Assembly: GCA_965112735.1 (NCBI GenBank) | Contig: OZ218960.1 | Coordinates: 2,728,001-2,792,000, forward strand | DNA length: 64,000 nt | Origin: Phaeosaccion multiseriatum | Taxonomy: Eukaryota; Protista; Ochrophyta, other classes | Reading direction: 5' to 3' | Part shown: piece by piece, positions 23,346 through 34,642 of the stretch | Position numbering within the stretch: the first letter of the stretch is position 1 | How the letters are laid out: each line of letters starts with the position of its first letter | The notes under the pieces: generated by a model | What the model was told of the DNA's origin: nothing | Databases searched by the model: none | What the model saw: the letters and a program-made list of their open reading frames with translations, nothing else | Translations under genes and position numbers: made by a program

Positions 23346-26300
23346 ATGTTGAAGCATGCATTGTCGTTCCTCCTCCTCTGCCTTGTGGGAAGGGCAATCT
23401 GCTTCGTGCAGCAGCCATTACTATCCTTGGGAACTCGGAGGGCTGCTTCGTCTTCACCGCCGGGAAGAAGATCAGCCCTCTGTGCTGCTGCTTCGCCGCC
23501 TTCGATACTGGGAGCGTCAACAACAAAGGAAGCGGGAAAGACAGCCAAGGGTAAGAATCGCTGGCAAGCGCGTGATGCAGATCTCTTGCACCGCAGCTAC
23601 CGCCCGCAGAGAGTCGCTGCTATGGGAGAGATTGACTACATCATCGTGGGGTCCGGAATAGGTACGATTTCGAGCACAGTCAAATCAATTGATTGAGCCC
23701 GGGCAGAGGCACCCTCCTCCTTCCCGGCTGATGTGCGCGCATCTGTCGAGAGAAGCAGGCCCTCATTCTGCCTCCCTATTCCACTGCCCACTGACTTCTG
23801 AAAGGGGGGCTCTGGCTCGGAGCCTGTCTCGCCAAATTCGGCATCAAAAGTCTCGTACTCGAACAGCATGTGAGTGAGGGAGTGAGCGAGAGAATGAGCG
23901 GGTGGGAGTGAGTGAGTGAGTGAGCGAGAATGAGCGGGTGGGTGAGTGAGTGAGTGAATGAGTGAGCGAGAATGAGCGGGTGGGTGAGTGAGTGAGTGAG
24001 AAAATGAGCGGGTGGGTGGGTGAGTAGGTGGGTGGGTGAGTGGGTGGGTGGGTGAGTGGGTGGGTGAGTAGGTTAGTGGTGGATGAGTTACATTAAAGAG
24101 CGTGACTGGGTGAGTGCGCGGGTGGGTGGGTGGGTGAGTGAGGAAGTGAGTGAGTGAGGAAGTGAGTGAGGAAAAGAATGAGTGGGTGAATGAGTGAGCG
24201 AGGGAGTGAGGGAATGAGGGAATGAAATAGTGGGTGAGGGAGGGGGGTGGGAGGGAGGGAGGGAGTAGGTAGATGAGGTGCGGTGAGACGAGGTGGGCTG
24301 AACTGAGGTATTCGATTGTCACCTCCCCGCAAGATCAATGCACATATATACATACATACATCGATCCACACACAAATAATACCATGCTCACAAGGCCAAC
24401 AACGTAACAACTCCAAACTCCAACTCGATGGCAGTACGTGGCTGGCGGCTTTGAACACACCTTCCGCCGCGGGGGCTACGAGTTCGTGCCGGGACTGCAC
24501 TACATCGCCAACCGAGCTCTCTGTGCGCCGCTCTACGACCTCGTTGCGGACCCGGAGCAAGAGATTGTGTATCGCAAGGTGGGAGATGAGAGAGAGAGAG
24601 TACTTACAGTACTGCCTCACCGTCTCACTGGCTCACTGTCTTTTGTGTATCGCAGTGTGAAGGACGGTCTCACTTTTTCTCAATCATCCACTGCTGACCT
24701 AGGCATCACCCCCTGCGTGTTACACCTCTTGATGATGCCTTACCTACCCCCTTCATGCCTATGAAACTGTCATGATCGACTCCCAACACAGGCCGGAGAC
24801 AGCGTGCCCGCAGACGAAGGAGATATGTGCTCGCATGACCTCCGAATAGGCGATATGGACGTCATGCATGGTGTGTATAACCTACTGCCGCTGTATCACC
24901 AACTGCTACTGCTGCTGCTGCTGCTGCTGGGAGGGATCTGGGACGCGAGTACTTGCACCTTGGCTCCTCCCTCCCTCTCTCCCTCTCTCTCTCTCTCTCT
25001 CTCCATTCGTACGAACCTCACGAATGAAATGCTGCTTGTCAATTCCACTCGCTGCTCCCTCTCTGGCTCCATGGGTCGGTTGTTCGGTCGGTCCATATGT
25101 CGGTCCAGTGCGGGAGGGGAAAGAGAGCGTGCGGAAGGAGCTGGTGAAGCACTTTCCCGACGAGGCCGAGGCCATTGACACTTTTCTTGCCATAGTGGAG
25201 AAGGCCAAATGGCAGGCCGGCATGTTTATGACCTTCAAGATCTTCCCGCAGCCCCTTCAATGGATCATGTCTCAACTGCTGTGCAGGTGTGTAGATAGTA
25301 TGGAGGTGTTAGGTGTGTTTGAAGGTGTCGAAGTGGAAACCCATGCATTATTGACGAAGTGTCCGACCTACCCTCTGTTCTGACACCACCTTTCCTCTGT
25401 CCTCACACACTGTTGTCCTGACACCCACCACCCACCCCCCCACCCCCCACCTACCCTCTGTCCTGACACCCCTCCACCCCTCCACAGCACGTACATGAAG
25501 TACGCGTCAATGACGACAGAGGAGGCTTTGGACGGGCTGACGTCAGACGGCCGCCTCAAGACCGTGCTCAGCGCCTTTGGGGGGGACTTGGGGGAGTCCC
25601 TCAGGGACGGAAGCTTCGTCATGCAGGTGCGTGTGTGCGTGTGTGCGTGTGTGCGTGTGTGCGTGTGTGTGCATGTGTGTGTGCGTGTGTACGTATGCAT
25701 GTGGTGTTGGGTGTGAATAGGTGTGTGTGGATTTTGGGTGCGTGCTTGCGCAACGTTCGTGCGTGCGTGTGTGCGTGACGTTGTGTGCGTGACGTTGTGT
25801 GCGTGCTACATTTGCGAGAGAAACACACACCCCACGCAACTTCAACTTTTATCATCTCTCTCCTCCTTCTACTCCGTATTACTCCTACTTGACGTTCCTT
25901 TCCTTTGCCTACCAATGCATCAAGCAGGCAGCGGTGTTGGGGCACGTGCTGGAGGGGTGCCACTACCCCGAGGGGGGGCCCATGGAATTCGCCAGGGGTC
26001 TCGTGCCCACCATACGCACCAGTGGGGGCGATGTGCTTGTCAGGGCACGAGTGGCCGAGATCCTCCTTGAGAAGGAAGGGGAGGGGGACAAGAAGGGCGG
26101 AGGGGGAGGAGGAGGGGGCGGGCAAGAGCCACGGGAGTGCGACTCGCGAATGGAGACGTGATCAGGGCCTCGAAAGGGGTGGTTTCCGACGCCGGCATGC
26201 TCTCCACCTTGAACAAGCTGCTGCCCCCCTGGACGGTGCAGGGCGAGGGCCCGCTGAGGCGTCTGCACGAGGCCGTGCTGCGCAACAGCAAGGGAGGCAT

Positions 26301-28349
26301 CAGTCATGCCATGGCCTTTATCGGCCTCAATGCCTCGCATGAGGACTTGGGACTCCGCTCCAGCTCTTATTACTATATACCTTGTGACGCGCAAAAGTGA
26401 GTGGATGAGTCTGAGGTTGAGTTTGAGTTTGAGGTGGGTGGTGGTGGGTGATGGCATCGATACATTTCGGCTTGTGGGGTCGATATATTGGTTGAGGTCT
26501 ACTGAAGTGAAGTGAAAGCAGGAATGTAGGTAGTGTATGGGGGAGGTTCACCAGTGAGTTGGAGGAGAGGGAACCCTGTGCATGTAGGTAGATACATGGA
26601 TGCTCATGGGTGTAGATCGACGCATGTGGATGGCAGTTTATGGGTGGTGACGACGTGAGGAGAGGGCAGTGGATGGGGGCCCCCGAAGAGGATTGCCATG
26701 TCATGCCTGTTGCGTATTTTGACACCCTTCCCTCCCTCCCCATGCCTCCCTCTCTCAGAGACATGGACGCGAGCGATGTGCAGGACTTTTACAGAGACAC
26801 GCTGCTCGACCCCGGTGTGGAAGACGTGTCCGCAGGTGTGTGGTTGTGAATATGGCCTGTTGTCGCGCTGTCCCAGCCGCCCTGCCCCCGTCAGTACTTG
26901 TCTTGTCGTGTGCGTATGTGTGGTCATGTGTATGTGTGTGTATGTGTGTGTTTGCCTGATGGCCGTAGATTCCCCACTACGTGTCTCCCCTCCCTCCTGC
27001 ATCGTTCGTCCCCTCTCTCGATCCTTCTTCCTACTCACCCATGCAACCAATCCACCAATCTCCATCAACAGGCATCGTCTTCGCTTCTGCCAAGGACCCT
27101 CACTACGCGTCCCTGACCATGCCCGGCAAGAGCACCGCCATCATCTTCAGCGAGGCACGCCCAAAGGCCTTTCTGGACATGGAGGGGCTGGACATGGACG
27201 GAAGAGCGAAGAAGCAGCAGCCGCTTGAAGGGGGAGGGGAAGAGCATGCAACCACCACCACCAGCAGCAGCAGCAGCAGTAGCAGCAGTAGCAGCAGCGG
27301 CAGCAGTCGTATGGGCAGCAGCGGCCGCTCAGAGGCGTACGCTGAGGCAAAGGCTCTGGTGGAGAGGAAGCTCGTAAGGGCCCTCGTGAGCAACTTCCCG
27401 CAGGTGGAGCCACACATAGAGGTGGGTAGGTTAGGGTAGGCAGGCGTGTTGGTGTGGTGTCTGAGTGTGTGGGTGTGTGTACGTAGACTCAACTTTACTC
27501 TCGACAGGTGGTGGAGGTGGGGACTCCACTGACGCTTTTTGACTACACACAACGTGTGGAGACGCTGGGTCTGAGGCACACTCCGTCAAGGATGCTCGAC
27601 ATGAGCCTGAGGCCGCACTGCGATGTAGAGGGCCTATACTTTACTGGACAGGTGCGTAAGTAAGCAAGTAAGTGAGTAAGTAAGCTTGCATACTTACACT
27701 TCCTTGCTTCCTTGCTTCCTTGCTTGCTTGCTTGCTTGCTTGTTCGCTTGCTTGCCCCTCCCAGGACGTGGCCTTTGCGGGTTGGGCGGGAGCTCTGTCG
27801 GGTGCCATGGTGGCGGCACAGAAGATCCTCGGGTACACTCTCGTTGACTTCGCAAGAGGCAAAACCCTACTCGACGATCGTAAGTGCGTGTGGCCTGACC
27901 ATCCACACCCACCTTCAACACACGAATCGCCCACTTCCCGCTCACTGCCCAATGCAGATATTCAACCTTTGACCCACCCCCTACCCACCCAATAATCCAA
28001 CAAACTAAGCACTGAGCATGCACCAAGCACCCACTAACCACCGACTACCCACGCGCTGACCCCTGCAGTGGGCGGAGGCTGGATCGAGAAGATGATCCAG
28101 GAGAGGAGCAATGAGGGGGGCGCCTCCTCCTCCCCGCTGGACGTCGGGAAGGAGGTATGGGAGAATGCCCTCACGCACCTGCGTCGGCACTACTTCAACT
28201 TCAGCGTCGGAAGCGGAAACAAGTTCAGCAGCAACAACACCGAGGCAACAAAGCACGAAGCTGAAAGCACCACCAGCGGCACCCACACCGAAAAGACAAG
28301 CGGGGAAGGAAAGGGAGGAAGGAAAGGAGGGAAGGAGGCGAGGGCCTGA
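23346..28349 (+). CDS. All-trans-retinol 13,14-reductase (RetSat)/carotenoid oxidoreductase-family FAD protein, about 12 exons, probable bipartite targeting presequence
   Basis: Spliced Rossmann motif DYIIVGSGIG|GLWLGACLAKFGIKSLVLEQH|YVAGGFEHTF…YEFVPGLHYI; also HYPEGGPMEFARGLV…VLVRARVAEI, VVSDAG, FASAKDP and EGLYFTGQ|DVAFAGWAGALSGA. Confidence 0.85.
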
Positions 28350-29386
28350 TTGAGAATAACCCCCACCCTGGCGGAGCTCTTTGTATATCGGCCGAGCCAT
28401 GCTGGGCTAAACTGCAACGTGACGGTTAGTGTTATTGAAATTCACTAAATGACGGACTACCATTTCGGCTCTCCAAGCCCTGTCGGGAGTGGTAAGGCGG
28501 GCCTGTTTCGCTCCTATCAGTGTGTTAGCGGCCCAGAAGGACCCTGCTTCCCTCACCGTAGTCTTCCACGGAGTCTGTGTGCGTGTGTTTGTACGTGTGT
28601 GTTTGTGTGTGTGTTGTGTGTGTGTGTGTGTGTTGTATGTGTGTGTGTGTGATCCGCCTGGAACGACTGGACCCAGACATGGACACGCACTCACACACAC
28701 CCACTCTTTTGGGCGAGGTATGCGTGCGTGCATGAGGTAACCAACGCTCCTGCCTGCTACATACAAAGGATGTTGTCTTTCCGACCACCTCCTCAAATCA
28801 ACGCCTCCTTCAAAGTGCAGCTCCTCCCCCCCTGCCATATCTTCACTCGAGCCAGTGGCAGCCAGGGCCAAGTGGAGGCCGCCTTGCAGGGCCTCGTCAG
28901 GGTTGGGGACATGCCCCCCGGGGAAGGCTGAGGGTGTGTGTGTGTAGGTATGTGCATATGTATGTACGCATGCCTCTCAAGCGCTCTACTTGTGGCCCGT
29001 GGAAGCCATGCCTGGATCCTGACACATGGTGGCTGCGTCCTTTGTATCCTGACACCTGGCTCCTCCCGCTGAGCCGAAGCGCCATGATCCACACGTCATC
29101 CTTCGTCCACGAAGAGAGCCTCTACAGAAGATGGCGTCGAGCTGCTCCAGCGCTGCTGTGTCCCCCGCGTTTGTTAGTTTAGTTTTGCGATGCGAATCCC
29201 TTTGTCGACCTGTAAGCCTGGAGCACCAACACTTTTCACGGGGAGATTTCGAAATTCGCTCCAGTGTGTTCTCCCCCCCTTCTCGATCCCGTGCCAGAGT
29301 CTACAGCCACAGCATATTCGTCGTGGGCGTCAGGTGGTGTCCTGAGAAAGGAAGGAGTTCTATCGTGAATTGAGCGAGCGAAGGGG

Positions 29387-31624
29387 ATGACGGGCAACAA
29401 CGTGGCGGCCTTTATTTCCGCTGTAGCACCAGGAGGTACTTCCGCTGATGGCCGATATGGTGCTCCTGCTACTGCTTTTATAAGCTCGTGGGAAAGATGG
29501 GCTTCTGCTGCTCCATCTGCTGCGCACCGCCCTGCTGTGGGGAAACAGAACTCCGTCCTCACAGCCCCAGCAGCAGTGCATGCTCAGCGGCGATCGGCGA
29601 CACACTCGCTTCGCATTCTTGGAACTAAGAGGAGTATCACGGGAGGATCGCGGCAGGGACGAGGTGCTAGAGGCAATGAGCGGCAGAAGCAAATAGGGTT
29701 GACCAAGGAGATCCAGAAACTTGGAAATCTGCGGGATTGGAGAGGGGTGGCGAGAGTGATTGAGGAGGCGAAAGCAGGGGGGCTTCGGATGAATGTCATT
29801 TTGTATAGCGCCGCCATTTCTGCAGTGGGTAAGGCTGGGCGATGGAAGGGTGCGCTTGCCCTACTCGAGGAGATGACGGCGAGCGGTCTTCAACCCAATG
29901 TCATCACGTACAGCTCTGCGATTGCTGCCTGTGGCAATGGAGGAGAGCACGAGAAGGCGCTTGCCCTGCTCGAGGAGATGACGGCGAGCGGTCTCCAGCC
30001 CGACGTCATCACGTACAGCTCTGCGATTACGGCTTGTGGCAAGGCAGCAGAGCACCAGAAGGCGCTTGACTTGCTGGAGGAGATGCGGAGGGAAGGGCTT
30101 CGACCCAATCAAATCTCATACAACTCTGCGATTGCTGCCTGTGGCAAGGCAGGAGAGCACGAGAAGGCGCTTGCCTTGCTGGAGGAGATGCGGAGGGAAG
30201 GGCTTCGACCCAATGAAATCTCGTACACTGCTGCAATTACGGCTTGTGGCAATGCAGGAGAGCACGAGAAGGCGCTTGACGTACTGGAGGAGATGCGGAG
30301 GGACGGGCTTCGACCCGATGAAATCTCGTACAACGCTGCAATTACGGCTTGTGGCAATGCAGGAGAGCACGAGAAGGCGCTTGACCTGCTGGAGGAGATG
30401 CGGAGGGAAGGACTTCGACCCAATCAAATCTCGTACAGCTCTGCGATTTCTGCTTGTGGCAAGGCAGGAGAGCACGAGAAGGCGCTTGCCTTGCTGAAGG
30501 AGATGCGGAGGGAAGGGCTTCGACCCGATGAAATCTCATACAGCTCTGCAATCACTGCCTGTGGCAATGCAGGAGAGCACGAGAAGGCGCTTGACCTGCT
30601 GAAGGAGATGCGGAGGGAAGGACTTCGACCCAATGAAATCTCGTACAGCTCTGCGATTGCTGCTTGTGGCAAGGCAGCAGAGCACGAGAAGGCGCTTGAC
30701 CTGCTGGAGGAGATGCGGAGGGAAGGGCTTCGGCCCAATGAAATCTCATACAACTCTGCGATTACGGCTTGTGGCAAGGCAGGAGAGCACGATAAGGCGC
30801 TTGCCTTGCTGAAGGAGATGCGGAGGGAAGGGCTTCGACCCGATCAAATCTCATACAGCTCTGCGATTGCTGCCTGTGGCAATGCAGCAGAGCACGAGAA
30901 GGCGCTTGCCTTGCTGGAGGAGATGCGGAGGGAAGGACTTCGACCCAATCAAATCTCGTACAGCTCTGCGATTTCTGCTTGTGGCAAGGCAGGAGAGCAC
31001 GAGAAGGCGCTTGCCTTGCTGAAGGAGATGCGGAGGGAAGGGCTTCGACCCAATGAAATCTCGTACAGCTCTGCTATTACGGCTTGTGGCAATGCAGGAG
31101 AGCACGAGAAGGCGCTTGACTTGCTGGAGGAGATGCGGACGGAAGGGCTTCAACCCGATGAAATCTCGTACAACTCTGCAATTACGGCTTGTGGCAATGC
31201 AGGAGAGCACGAGAAGGCGCTTGCCTTGCTGGAGGAGATGCAGAGGGAAGGCATTCAGCCCGAGGTGACCTACAGCACCGCTGTCGACATCCTGTCCGTG
31301 CACGAGCAATGGAGCTCGGCTGATGGCTTGTACGCAGAGGCTGTCAAAAAGGGTGTATTGTCGCATTGGAAGGCGGGCAAGGAAGGGAAGATTCTGGACT
31401 TGCGCGGCCATTCGGAGTGGACAGGCAAGGCCGCCCTTCGCTACGCTCTCCAAGTGGAGAAGGCGAAGGGCCGAATCACCGTCATCACCGGTCGAGGCCG
31501 CGGCAGCGTGGATGGCATCAGCGTGCTGAAGCCTGCGGTGTTGGCGTACCTCAACGAAGAGCTCGGACTCCACGCCACGGGGCAGGACAGCAACGAGGGC
31601 CGTGTGATGTTCGAAGTAAAATAG
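29387..31624 (+). CDS. P-type pentatricopeptide repeat protein with a C-terminal SMR domain (PPR-SMR), intronless ORF
   Basis: 14 tandem 35-aa PPR motifs (xISYxxAIxACGxAGEHEKALxLLxEMRREGLRPx) from 29795, with degenerate flanking motifs. SMR domain ILDLRGHS…ITVITGRGRGS…VLKPAV…NEGRV at 31391-31624. Confidence 0.93.
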   Translation: MTGNNVAAFISAVAPGGTSADGRYGAPATAFISSWERWASAAPSAAHRPAVGKQNSVLTAPAAVHAQRRSATHSLRILGTKRSITGGSRQGRGARGNERQKQIGLTKEIQKLGNLRDWRGVARVIEEAKAGGLRMNVILYSAAISAVGKAGRWKGALALLEEMTASGLQPNVITYSSAIAACGNGGEHEKALALLEEMTASGLQPDVITYSSAITACGKAAEHQKALDLLEEMRREGLRPNQISYNSAIAACGKAGEHEKALALLEEMRREGLRPNEISYTAAITACGNAGEHEKALDVLEEMRRDGLRPDEISYNAAITACGNAGEHEKALDLLEEMRREGLRPNQISYSSAISACGKAGEHEKALALLKEMRREGLRPDEISYSSAITACGNAGEHEKALDLLKEMRREGLRPNEISYSSAIAACGKAAEHEKALDLLEEMRREGLRPNEISYNSAITACGKAGEHDKALALLKEMRREGLRPDQISYSSAIAACGNAAEHEKALALLEEMRREGLRPNQISYSSAISACGKAGEHEKALALLKEMRREGLRPNEISYSSAITACGNAGEHEKALDLLEEMRTEGLQPDEISYNSAITACGNAGEHEKALALLEEMQREGIQPEVTYSTAVDILSVHEQWSSADGLYAEAVKKGVLSHWKAGKEGKILDLRGHSEWTGKAALRYALQVEKAKGRITVITGRGRGSVDGISVLKPAVLAYLNEELGLHATGQDSNEGRVMFEVK
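29795..31261 (+). repeat. 105-bp coding tandem repeat, 14 units (last unit one codon short)
   Basis: Units start at 29795+105n; units 3-14 are near-identical at the nucleotide level. Confidence 0.95.
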
Positions 31625-31860
31625 AGGAAACACTGGTGATGACTGAATGAAAGGCAATTACATCATGCACCGGCAGACTCGCGGCAGGGCTCTCTCTCTC
31701 TCTTCCCGTCGTCAGGGCGCGCTCTACTAGACTGGCACTTGCTCCCTCCAATGGCTGCGCATGCTCTCTCTCTCTCCAGTAGGACGCATACCGCCGCACC
31801 CACCCATTCTCTTGGTCTCCTTCCTTTCTGTTTGAGCCTGGCGTGACTCGCTTTTTGCTG

Positions 31861-31957
31861 TGGGCAAGGTGGGCCGGGTGGGCAAGGTGGGCAGAGTAGC
31901 CAGAGTAGGCAAGGTGGGCAAGGTGGACGGAATGGGCCGAGTAGGCAACGTGGGCAG
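31861..31957. repeat. Degenerate 9-bp tandem repeat (GGGCAAGGT/GGCCGAGTA)
   Basis: About 10 visible units downstream of the PPR-SMR gene. Confidence 0.7.
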
Positions 31958-32145
31958 TCATTGTAGACCACCGAAACGAGCGATACCCTCAAGCCGTACA
32001 GCCTTGCGTCTCTCCATCCCCGCCCCTCCCCCTACTCAAGATGCTGCTCCTCGTCCAAGCCCCTACCATACAGCGGCACCCACGCCCTCATCCCTACCTG
32101 AAGCCGCTACAGCTCCCCTGAGCCCATCACCACACTGGCTCAATC

Positions 32146-32587
32146 GCTTCGGCAGCTGGACCTCATCCCCCACACGGAGCGCCTTCCTCTTCTTGGCGGC
32201 ACGACTGTCGGGCTGCTTCTCCCTTTGCCCTCCCTGCCCACGAGCCGAGGGGTTAGGTCGAGAGGCGGTGCGCGGCTTCCTCGCTCCTCGCTTCTTACGC
32301 TTTCCCTCCCGTGGACGTCCCCTTCTCCTCAGGCCATTGTGGGCAGGAGCTTCTTGAGAGCTGCCTTTCTCCTCGGCCTCCTCCCTGCTGATGCGCGCAT
32401 GCCTCTTTCCCCCCCCCCCCTTCCTTTGTCACACTCTCCAACACGGCAGCGCCTCCTCTGGGCCCCATGGGAGGTGCACACGCCTCCTTTGATCACCTGC
32501 ATGCAACAGCGCGCCAACACGGAGTCCATATGCTCTATGCCACAGCTCTCTACTTGACAGAGCTTGGGGACGACTTTGCTCCGTGGC
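32146..32587 (+). repeat. Dispersed diverged repeat, copy A (homologous to ~43541-43969)
   Basis: Shared blocks CGCTTCGG.AGCTG.ACCTCATCCCC, GCGCGGCTTCCTCGCTCCTCGCTTCTTACGCTT and TCTACTTGACAGAGCTTGGGGACGA. Confidence 0.85.
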
Positions 32588-34642
32588 CAACACACCCCTC
32601 CTTTCTCCTTTCTGCGCATGCTCCCGACAGAAGACACAACGGACACCACCGACAAAACGAAGGCCTCAGCTTTTCCAGAGGCCTCCGGGTGATCCGTACC
32701 CGCTAGAGAGGCTTTCTCCCCATTTGCTGCAGACGTTGTGAGTAAGATGCAAAGAAGAGAGGTTAGGCACCTGGCCAGTGGCGATGTAGCGTGGTAGCTG
32801 CTGGCCCAGCAGGCTTCGAAGAGAGGCGAGGGAAAGCTTCGAGACAACCCATGGGAGAGACAATGGTGCGTGGCGGCAAAGAGGACGGGACGCAGGAGGA
32901 GCGTGGGAGAGGCAGCCCGCTCGCTGCAGGTGTCTCGGAGAGCGAGGCAGAGTCCGAGCGCGTCGAAGAGGCGGAGCCGTCACCCCCTTTTAAAGAATCT
33001 CGCTGCCTGTGTCAAGGAGACGGAGGCGGAGTCGGGGCGGGTCGAGGAGGGCCGGTGGAGCCACGAGTAGCAAAGGCCAGCGATGTGGGGCTGAGTGAGG
33101 TAAACAGGAGCATGGACTTGCACTCTCTTCAACCTCCCTCTTCATTCTCCCGACCCCTCGTCTTCTTCCGTGCACAGCAAAAGCAAATCCAACCCTCGAG
33201 TTTTAGTCTCAGCTTCTGAGGATGTCCACCCCCGACGGCTGGAAAGCGAGAAGCGAAGAGAAGGGGGAGAGATGAGTCATCAGAAACGGCGGGAGGAGCC
33301 GGGAGGAGGGACCTAATGCTTCCTGTGACGACCTTTCCACCTCATCCGAATGGTCCTGCGGTCGCGTCTCTCCGCACCAAGAAGGCCACCACCAAGACGA
33401 CGACAGCCACGGCGACGGGGAAGACGAAGCGCCTGGGCGGACAATGCGAAGGGGCGGTGGGGGGCGACAGCAGCAGTCTTCGGAGCAGCCTCAGGAGGAC
33501 GAAGGGCCAAGCAGCGCCACTGGTCTGCTATCGCGACTCGATGTCACTCCCCCCTTGGGCTTTTCTGGCTCCGAGTCGGTGTGTTTGAACCGTTGTATTT
33601 CCCCAGCAGCAACGGCTGACACTGCTGCCGCTGCTCCTGTTGCTGGGTCATCACCTACTGCTCCGGCAGTTGCTGCTGCGGCTGCGATGTGGGAGATGCT
33701 CGGCATGTGGGAGGAGGAGAGTACGTCGCAGCAGGGACAGGAGCCACTGGTGGTACAGCAGCAGGAACAGAAGCAGCATCAGCAGCGACAGACCCCCGCT
33801 TCATATCTCCTGTCGCGAGGTCGGAGCGGCGTAGACCCAGGGGGGGGGCGAGACACTACGGAAAGTCCTCCGGGCTTGCCGAAGCTCGGCCGGGCCTCTA
33901 CCATCTCTGCAGAGGGGCGAGAGGGAGGCCCTACTTGCCTTGGCGGTCGTCGGGGCGGACGCCGATCGGAACCCGAGGGGCTTGCACTGGGGAGTCACGC
34001 CACGCTTGAGGATGAGGAGGAGGCGGCGCGCGAGAGTGATGGGTCGGTGGGGTCGTCTGTTGGGTCTTCGCTTGAGCCTTGGCATGGGGGAGAGACGAGG
34101 CGACGCCACGACACAGAGCCTGGGCAGCCGGGCTGGCCGGCACCACACAGTGGCTAGGGCGGTGGTGATGCGAGGGGGGAGGGGGGAGTGGGGGAGTGGG
34201 GAGGTGAGGGGCAGTGGTTAGGTGGTACAGGGATCGAAGACACCTTCGCTTATCTACAAATGGAAGAGGTGGGGCGGGTGGTCGTATGGGAGCATTCAGG
34301 GGCATGCTTCAAGGAGAGCGACAATAGAGAACGAGTTGAAATTAGCCTTATTTCTTTGCGCTCTGCTCTCCGCATACTCCGAGATCAGCAGCAGCACACA
34401 AGCGGCATACAAACAAAGCAGCAGGATGGCCTGCTCGTGTGCCCCTCAGGCTTCCTTCTCAGCTCGGCATACGCAAACGTGAGTTTGAATTTCCTGGCCC
34501 CTGTTGCCCTTGGCAGTTGGGCTCTGTTCTTGGCGCCAGAATGCTAACTCGTATTAAAAGCTTCCATGCTGTTAGCGGGGAGGGAGCTTGCTCAGGCTTC
34601 ACAACCATTCCCACACAGCACTTCGCATCCGAGTCGATCATC

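Noticed and set aside
28407-29180. Possible small spliced gene or transposase fragment on the minus strand upstream of the PPR-SMR gene
   Set aside because: No consistent frame across the putative introns and no recognisable DDE, RT or other motif.
29795-31261. Regularly spaced repeats suggesting a CRISPR array
   Set aside because: Contiguous 105-bp coding units without unique spacers; they translate as PPR motifs, and no cas genes are present.
33444-34157. 237-aa plus-strand ORF
   Set aside because: Low complexity, no domain and no clear splice structure; cannot be supported as a gene.
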